64,000 bases of DNA from contig OZ234493.1 in the NCBI GenBank assembly GCA_965153455.1, forward strand, positions 1,798,001-1,862,000, written 5' to 3'. Positions within the stretch are counted from its first letter, which is position 1. Every line of letters begins with the position of its first letter. Source of the stretch: Sphagnum compactum. Its lineage: Eukaryota. Of the stretch, positions 23,800-35,779 are shown in pieces. The position numbers and the translations under genes were made by a program. The notes beneath the pieces were generated by a model, which worked only from the letters and a program-made list of their open reading frames with translations, was not told the DNA's origin and did no database searches.

Positions 23800-25600
23800 A
23801 CATTTCAAATTTTATAATGTTTCTTTTCCTTTGATTTGTAGAAGTTTAATGATGAGGAGTGGGCAAACATGTTCACTTGCAATCAATTCGAAATTGTGCA
23901 TAACATCTAGTTACAGCAATTGGGGAATTGAGGCATTTATCTCTACACAACAATGTCTAACAATTACATTCAAGCTTTCAAACAGTCTACATTGTATAGA
24001 CAATACTTGCGAGGGGGTCTAGCTAGTCATAGACATGATAGGTATGAATTGTTGTTGAGGTGGGCCCAACGGTTTAGTGATCTTGTTAGATTAGCGGCTA
24101 TTGTGGCAAATTACATGTTTGGATATTCCTTTTCGAATTGCATTTCGCACCTTGAGGGGGAGGAGGTTTTTGGGTTTACCAAGCAACCTACTCATCGTCT
24201 TCATGGTGTAGACAATGATTCTCATCGTCCTGACCATGTGAATTTCTCTTGTCCATGAGTAATAAGGTGAAAGCACACTACGAATGAGCCACTTTTCGCC
24301 CAAAAAGTGATGTATAACAAATATAATAGGTGTGTAGTAAATTGAAATCTTGATGGCATTTTTGGGAAACCTTAAACATAAGAAAAAAAACTTTAGAATG
24401 TGCATGACAACATTTTGGAACTCAAAGCTCATTTGGAATCAAAGTTAAGCTTGATCCAATGGTTAGGCGAAGATAATTGAATAAAATCAATGTGCATAAA
24501 GTATATAATGTACATATTTTCAACAACCATAGGGCTTCATGTTTGTGGTTCATGACACATTACCAAACCAAAGAAGAATGGAAAAATAATATAATGCCCA
24601 CTTATAAAATCTTCCTTTTTTTCTTAAGGTAATGGTTTCTTCCCATAAATAAGAGTATATTATGCATTTATTACTCAAGAAGTGCAAAAAACCACATTTT
24701 TTGAATGGATTTTCAACTTCTATATGGTCTTAAATTTAGTTGATGTACATCAATATCATTCACCACCAAAAAATTCATTATAAAACTCCACCCATAACTT
24801 TAATTTTGAAGTATATAATTTGTAATTTTTCATACTTTGTGACGTGTATTTTTTCAACACATATATACTTCATATGTTTAGTTTGTAAATGTTTGTTGGT
24901 GTTTATTTTAAAATAAATTATTTTAAGTCTAAAGTTAATGCAATAAACTTGAAATGAAAAAAATAAATCTAAGATGTGATGTCCACATGTACCCAAAAAA
25001 CCAAATGCAAGATTTCGATATTTGTGACTACAATTTTTGGGGGGTGTCATGTGCTTTCACCCAATAGTTCATGTTGCTTAACTTGATATTGTCAAGGATG
25101 TAGGCCTGTAACAACTGCCCTTTGGTTCCAGTGTTTTTTTACCTTTGGTATCTCAAGGTGGTTTAGAGTTGAAGGAAAATATTTGTGTTGATGGCAAGTG
25201 GCGGATTGTATGTTGCCCACTCAGTTTTGAATTCAATGTTTTACATTCCAAAAAACCACAAGGTTCAAATGCAAAGCAAATATCAACCTTTACAAATTTG
25301 TAAGTGGAACTCTTGTTCCATGTTACTCAAGGTTCTAGGTATAATCTCATAATGGATCACTCGAGCACTATATGCATTGGTTTTGTCTCGATGATCTGAA
25401 CCGTTGTGTTGGTGGGACAATGCAAAATAATGTAATTGCTAGGCCTTCAGTGCTAACCGTATGGCCCATCCAAGAAGGTACTAACTTAGTTCAAAAGGAA
25501 GTAATAATTCTAGAAGAAGCACGGTTTTCCTTTGACGCAGTCGAACTAAAGCAAAACATGAAAAGGCTGGTTGTGGAACCTTAACAATAAATCTATCTTT
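23800..25600 (+). mobile_element. Remnant of a second, unclassified transposon-like coding sequence
   Basis: Protein-like fragments HLEGEEVFGFTK...DSHRPDHVNFSCP (23953-24258) and WFCLDDLNRCVGG...VWPIQEGTNL (25372-25584) amid stops, abutting the truncated hAT. Confidence 0.45.
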
Positions 25601-27547
25601 AAGAATTACATAGATTCAAATGGAAATTTTAACATAATTGTTTAAGATGGTGATTTTAATTTTTTTGGATTTAATGGTGTAATGTAATTTGTTGTCACCA
25701 TGAACTACTTAAAAACCTTTTAGTTTACTTAGGTGTGTTCATTGTCATAACAAATATAAGAATGCAAATGCTTTCAATAATTAAATGGTATTATAGAAAA
25801 TCAAATGTATACATTCAATAAAAAAATCACAAATGTGCACTTTAAGAAAATGACATAAATGTGGAATAGAAGAAATAACAAAATATTTGTGATGGGGTTA
25901 ACTTAAATCTTGTGATGAAAGTTGAAATAGGTATCAAGCCACATTGAAAAGTCAAAGAATCAAAGCCAAAAACAATTTCATGACTTGCTAACACATAATT
26001 TAGGAATGTGATATTCACTTAAACAAAAGGGGATTATGAAAATTACAAAGGGGGATTACAAAATGTAAGTGTTGTTAAAAAGGATTCTAGATATTTATGT
26101 TAATTTACATATTCTTAATTTGAATTTCAATACTTTAAAAGGCCTAAACACTGAAAGCACAACTTGAAAAAAGAAATCATGTCCAAATTGAGTAATATTT
26201 TTTATTGAAAATACAATGATAATTGCTATGAGATATTGGGTTTGCATATCCTAATGAGATATGTTTCCTAGATGTTATATGTTTTTAACTCTTTTGATTA
26301 ACTTCCATGGCATAACTTGGAAGGAGAATACATATTGGGGATTTGGTTCCAATGATGAGCTACAAAGATAATATGGAAGGGAGTACACACATGTACTAAT
26401 GTTGTGAAGGTATTTGGTTTGGAAGGTAAAAATCGGGATTCAGGTTTAGGTTCTTATGATTTAAACTTAAATTGACACCTTTTTGTTAGAACTAACACAA
26501 GAACCAGACCATGGAAAAACCCTTTTGTTAGATCTAAAACTAAAATTTTATAATGAAATATTCATTTTAATTAGTTATTGAACTTTGTACTTACATAAAC
26601 CCTTTTCTTAATTTGTTGTAAAATTTTGTAACCATACAATATCTAACATTTGGGAGTGTGTTGTGTGTACATGGAATTGAACCCAATTTTTTAACTAGAC
26701 CCAAATGTTATTGAATTTGAAAATGTGTGTTAAAGCTAAAATCAAAGGATTTAAAAATTGGAGGAACTTGGTTCAAGCTCCCATTTAGAAAACCTCCAAA
26801 TAAATTGTACAACATCAAAACTAAAAGTAAAAGTTCTTTTTAAAAAGATGAATTACACAAATGGGTACATACAACTTCATACAAGGGTTTGAAATATGTG
26901 AAATTTGTGTTGAATACAAAATTAATGAATGTCAATTACAAATTGAGTTCAAACCTTATGAAGTACTTTGAATCTATGTTCAATGTACAAAGTACATGCA
27001 GAATGCCAAAATGTGTCTTTAATGACTAAAACATTTTACAACTATGTTTTGGTTGTAGTCATGTAGTTGTATTATGTTAATTGTTTAATTTGCAACCATG
27101 ATGTGATTACACTGCAATTACATGACTACATGTTAGTAACTATTTATGAATGAACAACTTATTGATTATGCACCTTTTTTATCCAATTTAGAGGAGAAAA
27201 ATTGTTTCATTTTTATTTGAAAACCTTTATAACCTTCAAAATCATTATTAATGCAAATGTAATACCTTGTCAACTTTGTCCATATTATACAAGTTTAAAT
27301 TTTTCTAATAACATGTCTAAATTTTACATTTTGATGATACAATATTCATTAAAACTCAATACTTAATTTCACGTAATTTTACTATTTCAAAAAAATATTT
27401 TAGAAAAATTTAAGCATTTCAAAAAATTATATAACTAGTTTCCAAGAGGTTGCCAATGTTTAGCAAAAACAAATTACTCATGAAATTTGGCGCAATGTTT
27501 TTTAAAAAATTGAATATTCTAACATGAAGTGATTTTGGAGGTTTCTT

Positions 27548-28528
27548 TGTAACCAAAAGAAAAGGGAAAGGTCAAACAATGATTCGACCCCTCTGTTGAG
27601 TTCACTCTGACATAAATACGAATGGGTGTTCGTCTATTAAACAAACAACATGACAATTGCGCTAATCTAAGTCCAGAGCTTCTGTCTTCTAGTCCTACTA
27701 AAAGCTAATGAGATGCACACATCACCGATGCAAAAGCCCCTTCACTAAACTTCCTTAGACACAGTTTCTACTCATGCAAAACAATAAGACAAAATTTCAG
27801 AGATTAAAATTCATGGCTTGTAATTTACAGAATCTCCCCGATAGCACAAGCTTCCCCACTCCAGTGTGCTCAGCAAAATCATGCATCCTACTCAGCTAAG
27901 TCGCTGGCGCAGCGGAAAGTTTCAGCAACACAGCCAAGCTCTCTACAAAAACAGACATACAGAGTGATATGGCCATACTCTTCTAAGCTCATCTGACCTC
28001 TTTAGCTCTATTTCGGCCTCCTTAAGCAATGATCAGACAGGATCCAAAAACAACTCCCGAGTTCAAAACGCGCTAAAAAATCAGACCTCTCAGTCTATCT
28101 CCTCTCAAGCTTCTCTGCGTGCTCTTTCTAAAAAAAAATGCTCTTTTCTTTGTGTATCTGCCTATCCTTTCATCTCCAGTGCTGATCTCCTGATCGCTCC
28201 CCAAAACCAGCCACCCTTCTAGACCTGCAGCTCTTCCTCCTCTCCGCTTTTCTCCTAGCTTCCATCACAAGCTTCCTTTTTTTCCGTTACTCCGCCGCCG
28301 CCGTGCCTTCCACTTCGGCTCATCAATGCAGCTCCACTCCTTCCCATCATTCGCGCCGCCTCCTTCCTGTACAACATCTCACACACACCCAAAGAGAAAC
28401 CTCCCCATGCACTTCCATGCAGAGGTAATGGAGAGACTGCCGCAGCAAAATGACGGCTAATAAAGCAAACTTAAATCCAAAGATCAGGCATTGTTCACAC
28501 TGGTGTGGTGACCTAATTTCGTGTTACG
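27548..28528 (-). repeat. 3' LTR of the gypsy element
   Basis: Aligns without gaps to 34799-35779, with roughly 21-23 substitutions by manual count. Confidence 0.95.
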
Positions 28529-28569
28529 TATGTAACCCCTTCGTTCTTTAAAAAGCTGAGTCCCTTAGC

Positions 28570-31500
28570 TTTACTCAGTCTGGTGGAACGTGATAGATCT
28601 GGAGATCCCGCCGAAACCTTTCCCACTAGTGTCCGTCAGCATCTCGGATGATGCATACCCGACTGCCTTCTTCAAAGTCAAAGTTTCCTTGCCCATCAAC
28701 ATGCCTTACGAACTGATATGGACCCTCCCAGCTTGTAGATAAAGCTCTTCTCTTTCCTGGTGTCTTCATCTTCACCATCGTCGCCCCTGCAACCAGTCCC
28801 TCAAACAGATGCTTACCTTTCCGAGTGGCATAAGTCTTTCTTTACTGCTTTTGTGCTTGCTCCACATTGAGCAAAATGCTTTCGTGGATGCTTGCAATAA
28901 GCTCCATTTTCTGCAAAAATTGTGCTGCAGCAACCTCCACATCCGCAACATCATCAATCTGAGCAGTCAGAGCGTGCAGGTAATTGTCTGCCCTGAGACG
29001 TGGTGTGCGACCAGTCAGAATCATGAAGGGTGAAAACCTTGTACTAGCCTGGATCCCACATCGGTACCCAAACAGAACCTTAGCTAGAAGCTCGTCCCAA
29101 CAATCCACATTGCCTGGTGTTGCAGCAAGAACAGTGATGCCATGGTTGATGGTCTTGATTATGCGCTCCGCCATCCCATTGCATTGAGGCCACATAGGTG
29201 CAGTGCGCTGATGCTGGATTCCGTAGTTCTTGCACATCATCTCGAATTCTGCAGCCCATTCTGCACCATTGTCAGTGAGTACGAATTTGGGTACTCCATA
29301 CCTGCAGATGATGTCGTCTTCCAAGAATCTGGATGCAGTCTTAGCACTATGATCAGCAACCGCCTTTGCCTCGCACCACTTGGAATAGTGGTCGATGGCC
29401 ACCAAAATGTATTTGTTTCCTGACTTAGTTTCAGGCAATGGTCCTGCAGTGTCCAATGCAACTGTATGGAATAAGTCACAGATAGGAATGCTCTTCAATT
29501 GCTCATCCCCAGAGCGGATACTACCTTTGCTCCTCACCAGTTGGCATTGTTGGCACCTTCTGACTACCATATTAACATTCGCAGTTCGATGATGCTAGAA
29601 GTACCTTCGACGGATCTCAGCCAACGTTCTCTGTTCCCCAAAATGCCCCAGATCTTCATGCGTTTGACTCACCAGGGATATCCTTTCCTCCGGCTTGGGC
29701 ACAAGTAACCCCTTGAAGTAAAGCCTCTGCTCTTTCCAGCAGTAGTTGCTCACCCTCTTTCTGGCCCTCTTGTTCTCCTCAAGGTCTACTGTATCGGGCA
29801 GTACACCTTCTTTCAATAATCCCAAACAAACTGCATCTTTCCAGATGTCAATGCACCTCGCATCCACTTCCTGATCTTCCTCATCATCAGATTCAGTATG
29901 ACTCAACTCATGGTCCCTAAACTCAGCTAGTTCCTGAGCCTCCAATACCAGGTCCAGTTGCTGCCGCTTGTCAAAGTACTGGGGTCTCCTTCTCTTCACC
30001 ACCATTCTCTCACCATCGTCCTACACAAGCTCACCCCCATTTGCAGCTTCTGCTTCACCTGAAACAACCTCCTTGGGTTGCTCTTCTCCTGATACAACGT
30101 CAACTACATATAGCTGATGGCTGCCGTCATACCTATAGTGGTTAATCCCGAAACAATAGGTACGGTGTTGTACTAACTCCCTATCCCTTCTCCTGACACC
30201 AAGCCATTCTGTTTCCTTGCCTGTCCGAACACAGAGAAATTCCTCTTCTCCTGTATGTGCATCAGTTTGAGTGCCTGCAATGTCTTGTATCTCTTATCAT
30301 CATCAGCAGCTGGTCCAATTGGATTCCTACTCAAGGCATCGACATTTGTATGCTTGAGTCCAGGTCGGTGTATTATCGTGAAACTAAAATCTTGTAACAT
30401 ATCTACCCACCTTCCTCTCCTGCCATGCGCATCTGACACCGTAGCCAACCATTCCAGCGGCTTGTGGTCTGTGCGTAGAATAAAATGATTTTTGTGCAAG
30501 TACTGCCTAAAATGCATGACGCCCCAGATCAGCGCGTAGCATTCCCCTTCCATGGGATGGAACTTCCTCTGTGCCTCTGTCAGGCTCTTGCTGGCGTACG
30601 CTACCACCTTCTCAAACCTCCCCTCTTTCTGTGACAATATAGCTCCAACACCCTTGGGCGACCAGTCTACGTCCAGCCAAAATGTTCTTTTGAAATCTGG
30701 TCGTGTGAGTACAGGCGCGCCCACCAGCGCTGCCTTTAACGCCTGGTATGCCTGTTGACAGCCCACATCCCACACAAATGCAACGTCCTTCCTTGTTAAC
30801 TCAAACAAAGGACCTGCCAATCTCGAATAGCCTCGAATATACTTTCGGTAGTAACCTGTCAGACCTAAGAACGACTTGACACTTGTGACAGTCTTCGGTG
30901 TAGAACTGCTTCGATTTTCCTAGGATCCGGTCTGGTGCCCTCCTTGCTTACCACATGGCCCAAAAATGTAATAGTCTTAGCAGCAAAGCAACACTTGTTT
31001 GGGTTCAGTTTAAGATTCACTTCCTTGAGTTTGCAGAGAACTGTATCCAGATGTTGGAGATGCTCCCCCCAACTCTTGCTGTGTACATTGAGGTCATCAA
31101 CGAATACCTTCAGAAACTTGTTGCCCAAATCCTTAAAGACCTCTGACATAGTTTGGGTGAACGTACTCATTGGGTTCTTCAGTCCGAATGGCATAACTAT
31201 CCAGTCATACAATCCAGTCTTAGTAATCAGAGCGATCTTCTTCATGTCCTCTAGAGCCATCCGAATTTGCCAAAAACCAGACTGCAAATCTAAGGCAGTG
31301 AACCATGATGAGTTTCCCAGCTGATCAATCACATCCTCCACGAGTGGCATCGGAAATGAATCTCGACGCATTTATGCATTAAGTGGCTGATAGTCTCCAC
31401 AGAAACGCCTGCTCCCATCTTTCTTCACTGGCAGAGTCACCCAACAGGCATACTCAGAGTTGCTGGGCCTCATCTTACCCAAATTTACCAGGACATCTAT

Positions 31501-33935
31501 TTGCCTTTTTACTTCAGCCTCGTCCCAGTAAGATAATCGACCAGGAGATGCTTTGCAAGGTGGGAATCCTTGCGTATCTATACAATGCTCCCCAATGGTG
31601 CAACAGCCTAGTTCTCCCTTGTTCCAAGCAAAGACATCTTGGTACCGCTCCAGAATTCCCCAGATTTGCTGCTGTTCTTCATCATCCAATTCGGTGTCTA
31701 TCCTGATTCGCTGGCAGATCTCCCTCCACCTATTGTCCATTTCCTAATGGCTGAACGATGCCAATTGCTCAGCGGGTTTGTAATCAGGGTTACCATCTTT
31801 CACCCGGACAGTCTGCAACAGCACTGGAATCGGAGAATTGTGGTCTGTGCTGGGTTGCTGCAACAGCAATGGAATAGGTACGTTATGCGTGGATTCATAC
31901 ATGGCCTGTCTGTCCTGCTCTGCATTAGACACCCATCTGATCCAGTCTGCGTAATCATCCGCATCTGTGACCTCTTTCGCCATGAACCCATCAACCTGCT
32001 CTTGTAGCTCTAGTAGCAGAATTTCTTGCGGCCCTTCTGAGGTCACCAATTCCTCCAACTCAGCATCTCCAAACTCATCCTCGCAATCACTTTGCTTCAA
32101 CTGATTAGACTCCGAATCATAATATTCACTGCTATCAGTACCAGCATCAAAATCCGAGGTGTATGCATCGTCTTCCTTGGTCACAATCGTCTGATCCTGT
32201 CCTGGCATCCAGTCAGAACCTCTATTGGCGCGTGTGTCTTTACAGGTGGTCGACGCCTCTTGCACCAAATCTCCCGAATTCATCCTTTGCAGCAAATTCA
32301 CCACCGTCAACGACAACACCTCCACATTGGTCCCAGGACCATGTCTCACTTGTAGCAGACCTCTATCTACATCCACAACTGCTCCAATTTTCATCAGAAA
32401 GTCCAGTCCAAGCAGCACGTCGTAACTGTCTATGTCCACAACCATAAAGGTCATGGCGCACTGTACGCCTCCTACCTTGACTGTCATCTCATCAATCCGT
32501 CCTAAAGCCTGAGTGACCACTCCCGATGCGATCTTGTAAATTTCAGTCCCTGTCACAAGATGCATCAAGCCCAACTCTCTAACTACAGCTGCAGCCATAA
32601 CAGACATGGAAGCTATAGTATCCACCAGACCTTCAACAACATAGTTGCTGATCTCCACAAGCAAATGCAAAGTCTTGCTTCGATGGGTCTTGTTGATGCA
32701 GATCCTCCTTAGTGACGGAATCGTAGAAACCACTGACACTTGATTCTCAGTCGCTTCTGAATCCCTCTTTCTCCTTGCTAGCTTCACCAAACTTTCAAGG
32801 TGCTCCAATTTTCCAAGAATCATCAGAATAGTTTCCATAGGTGAGAGGGAAATCTTTCCCTTATGAAATGCGAAAGAATTTTGGACCTAACTGCAGTATC
32901 CCGGCTTGCACCAACTCCTTCTCCTACAGTTTTAGGGATCGGCACAGCCCCTCCCGGTGCTACTTCGACAGGAGTTCTCCTTCTCGGCATTCGGGTATAA
33001 GAGAAAAGGTTTTCATTACCACACAACTTATTAAGCTGTTGTTCGGTCGCTGCCTCATCATTAAGCAACACCTCCAAGAAGTTTACTGCCCTAGATTGCG
33101 ATTTCCCATCCTTGGGCTTCTTCTAGCACCGGTCCTCAGAATGCCCCAACCCTGAGCAGAAGGAACATTTTATTCCACAATTCTGTGTCCTATGAGGCAT
33201 TTTGCACTTGGCACATTTCGGCCATGCTTCATTCAACCTTGGACAGGTGGTGGCCATATGGTCCCCTCCTTTGCAGATTTGGCATCCTCCAAACATGGTG
33301 GAAGACTATGAAGCCTCTGGATTAGACACAGCCCCCTTGAAGAAATTGATGAGGGTATTGTTTAGAGCAGTGACCTGTTTCTCCATAATGGTTTGCGAGG
33401 ACTCCTCTTCTTGTTCCTCTTTCAGAGATTCATACGGAGTCTCCCCAAGCTCACCCAGAACTCTCTCTACTTCTGTCGAAGCACCAACTAATTCTTTAAT
33501 GTTTGCATACGTTCTCACCGCACACAATTTTTGAATTTTTGGCCTTAGCCTAGCCAGGAATCTTCGCTTCTGTTCGGCGTCTTGTAGCCGGCCCTTTTGA
33601 AACAATTTGTCGAGACGTTCAAAATACTTTTGAACTCCCTCCTTGGATTCTTGCTTGATGGCATCCAACTTCATCCTGATGTCATCAGCATCAACATCAC
33701 CATACTTCTGCACTATCAACGTCCTCAATTCAGCCCAATCGGCTGGTGCCAGCTGCAACCTCTTGAACCACTCCTTGGCTCGACCCCTCAGATTCAACTT
33801 GGCAATCTTGAAGAGCTTGTCTCCATTCAGGTTTCGCACTTCAGCAGCCATGGTAAGTCGCTCCGCCCAATCATTAACATCCTCATGGTCTCGTCTCCAG
33901 AACAGCTCATCCATTCCCTGGGGATTAGTCATTTT
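28570..33935 (-). pseudogene. gag-pol polyprotein, disrupted by frameshifts and stops
   Basis: Gag (33306-33930) and three Zn knuckles (~33125-33290). Protease LVDTIAS (DTG degenerate). RT LDLQSGFWQ/MPFGLKN/FVDD. RNase H LDVDWS/TDHKPL. Integrase HHCC, DDE (LDTAGP, LTDNG, GMAER) and GPY motif. Confidence 0.93.
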
Positions 33936-34063
33936 GCAAATACGCAGCTGCACACCACAATTGCATACACTCCACACACGGTTCCTCAAATCACAATCAA
34001 ATAACAAAATTGATCAGCTTCTCAGCCGCTTTTGTTCATGTTTGATCTTGAGAAAGACAAACA

Positions 34064-34729
34064 TCACCCGCGCCACTCTGTAAACTTAGACTGAGCTCCT
34101 TCAGCCACTGGTCTCAAAGGTGTAACATTAGAAGCGAAAGTGGAAAAACTCTGCTCATTTGTAGATTCTTGTTGGAATTGCCATTCTCCCTCTTGATTGC
34201 GCCATATCCTCCAGCTCATGAGGTGAGATCTCGATCCACCATGCTCCACCCTGAGTAGGCGATCTCCCTCCTGAAACAAATCTTCCACACCAGGAATATA
34301 CAATCTGACAAAATGGTTAGACGTTACAGCAAGCTTGGGAATCCAGATGTCCCCTAGCCTGAGTACACTATGCTGCCTTTCAGCAAACAAAGGCGTTACC
34401 CTACGCAAGATAGGAGGTGTAGTTGTACTGCGTCTGTAACTGTGAGGTTGATGCCCATCCCCTTGATCCATTTGTCACCTTCAACCAAACTTGAGTGCGA
34501 GTGAAAAACCACTATGAGTTTCTTTTACTGCTATATCTCTAACTCGAGCTTTAGCTGGATCTACTCCTACCAGAGTCACTATTCCAAATCCCAAGAAATG
34601 CAGGACTACAGCTCTTCTCTGGGGTCCATTCTGCGAAGTCAGAAAGTCGAACCTATTGACGAGCTGTTGTTCACGAATCTCTTGTGTCAACTCTTCTACA
34701 TTACCCTCCTCTACACTAGACGAAGACAT
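34064..34729 (-). pseudogene. Extra ORF (~220 aa) between PBS and gag, broken by two in-frame TGA codons
   Basis: ORFs 34481-34729 and 34064-34471 are in the same frame, joined by TGA AGG TGA CAA ATG. Confidence 0.65.
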
Positions 34730-34790
34730 GATACTCCAATTATCATTCTACCTAAACATCCACAGGTTCTACCAAAGCTACATGAACGGA

Positions 34791-34806
34791 ACCAGCTCTG
34801 ATACCA
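34791..34806 (-). other. Primer-binding site complementary to initiator Met tRNA
   Basis: The minus strand reads TGGTATCAGAGCTGGT. Confidence 0.92.
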
Positions 34807-35779
34807 AAAGAAAAGGGAAAGGTCAAACAACGATTCGACCCCTCTGTTGAGTTCACTCTGACATAAATACGAATGGGTGTTCGTCTATTAAACAAACAAC
34901 ATGACAATTGCGCTAATCTAAGTCCAGAGCTTCTGTCTTCTAGTCCTACTAAAAGCTAATGAGATGCACACATCACCGATGCAAAAGCCCCTTCACTAAA
35001 CTTCCTTAGACACAGTTTCTACTCATGCAAAACAATAAGACAAAATTTCAGAGATTAAAATTCATGGCTTGTAATTTACAGAATCTCCCCGATAGCACAA
35101 GCTTCCCCACTCCAGTGTGCTCAGCAAAATCATGCATCCTACTCAGCTAAGTCGCTGGCGCAGCGGAAAGTTTCAGCAACACAGCCAAGCTCTCTACAAA
35201 AACAAACATACAGAGTGATATGGCCATACTCTTCTAAGTTCATCTGACTTTTTTAGCTCTATCTCGGCCTCCTTAAGCAATGATCAGACAGGATCCAAAA
35301 ACAACTCCCGAGTTCAAAACGCGCTCAAAAATCAGACCTCTCAGTCTATCTCCTCTCAAGCTTCTCTACGTGCTCTTTCTAAAAAAAAATGCTCTTTTCT
35401 TTGTGTATCTGCCTATCCTTTCATCTCCAGTGCTGATCTCCTGATCGCTCCCCAAAACCAGCCACCCTTCTAGACCTGCAGCTCCTCCTCCTCTCCGCTT
35501 TTCTCCTAGCTTCCATCACAAGCTTCCTTTTTTTCCGTTACTCCGCCGCTGCCATGCCTTCCACTTCGGCTCATCAATGCAGCTCCACTCCTTCCCATCA
35601 TTCGCGCCGCCTCCTTCCTGTACAACATCTCACACACACCCAGAGGAAAACCTCCCCATGCACTTCCATGCAGAGGTAATGGAGAGACTGCCGCAGCAAA
35701 ATGACGACTAATAAAGCAAACTTAAATCCAAAGATTAGACAATGTTCACACTGGTGTGGCGACCTAATTTTGTGTTACA
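34799..35779 (-). repeat. 5' LTR of the gypsy element (inner end overlaps or is replaced by the PBS)
   Basis: About 98% identical to 27548-28528; the outer end is ...GTTACA followed by the TSD. Confidence 0.93.

Larger units (their letters stand above)
27548..35779 (-). mobile_element. Full-length decayed Ty3/gypsy LTR retrotransposon (no chromodomain seen), 4-bp TSD TCTT
   Basis: TGTAAC...GTTACA termini; TCTT at 27544-27547 and 35780-35783; two 981-bp LTRs; domain order gag-PR-RT-RH-INT on the minus strand. Confidence 0.97.

Noticed and set aside
28809-34083. Plus-strand ORFs within the gypsy element
   Set aside because: Antisense shadows of gag-pol with no recognisable motifs.
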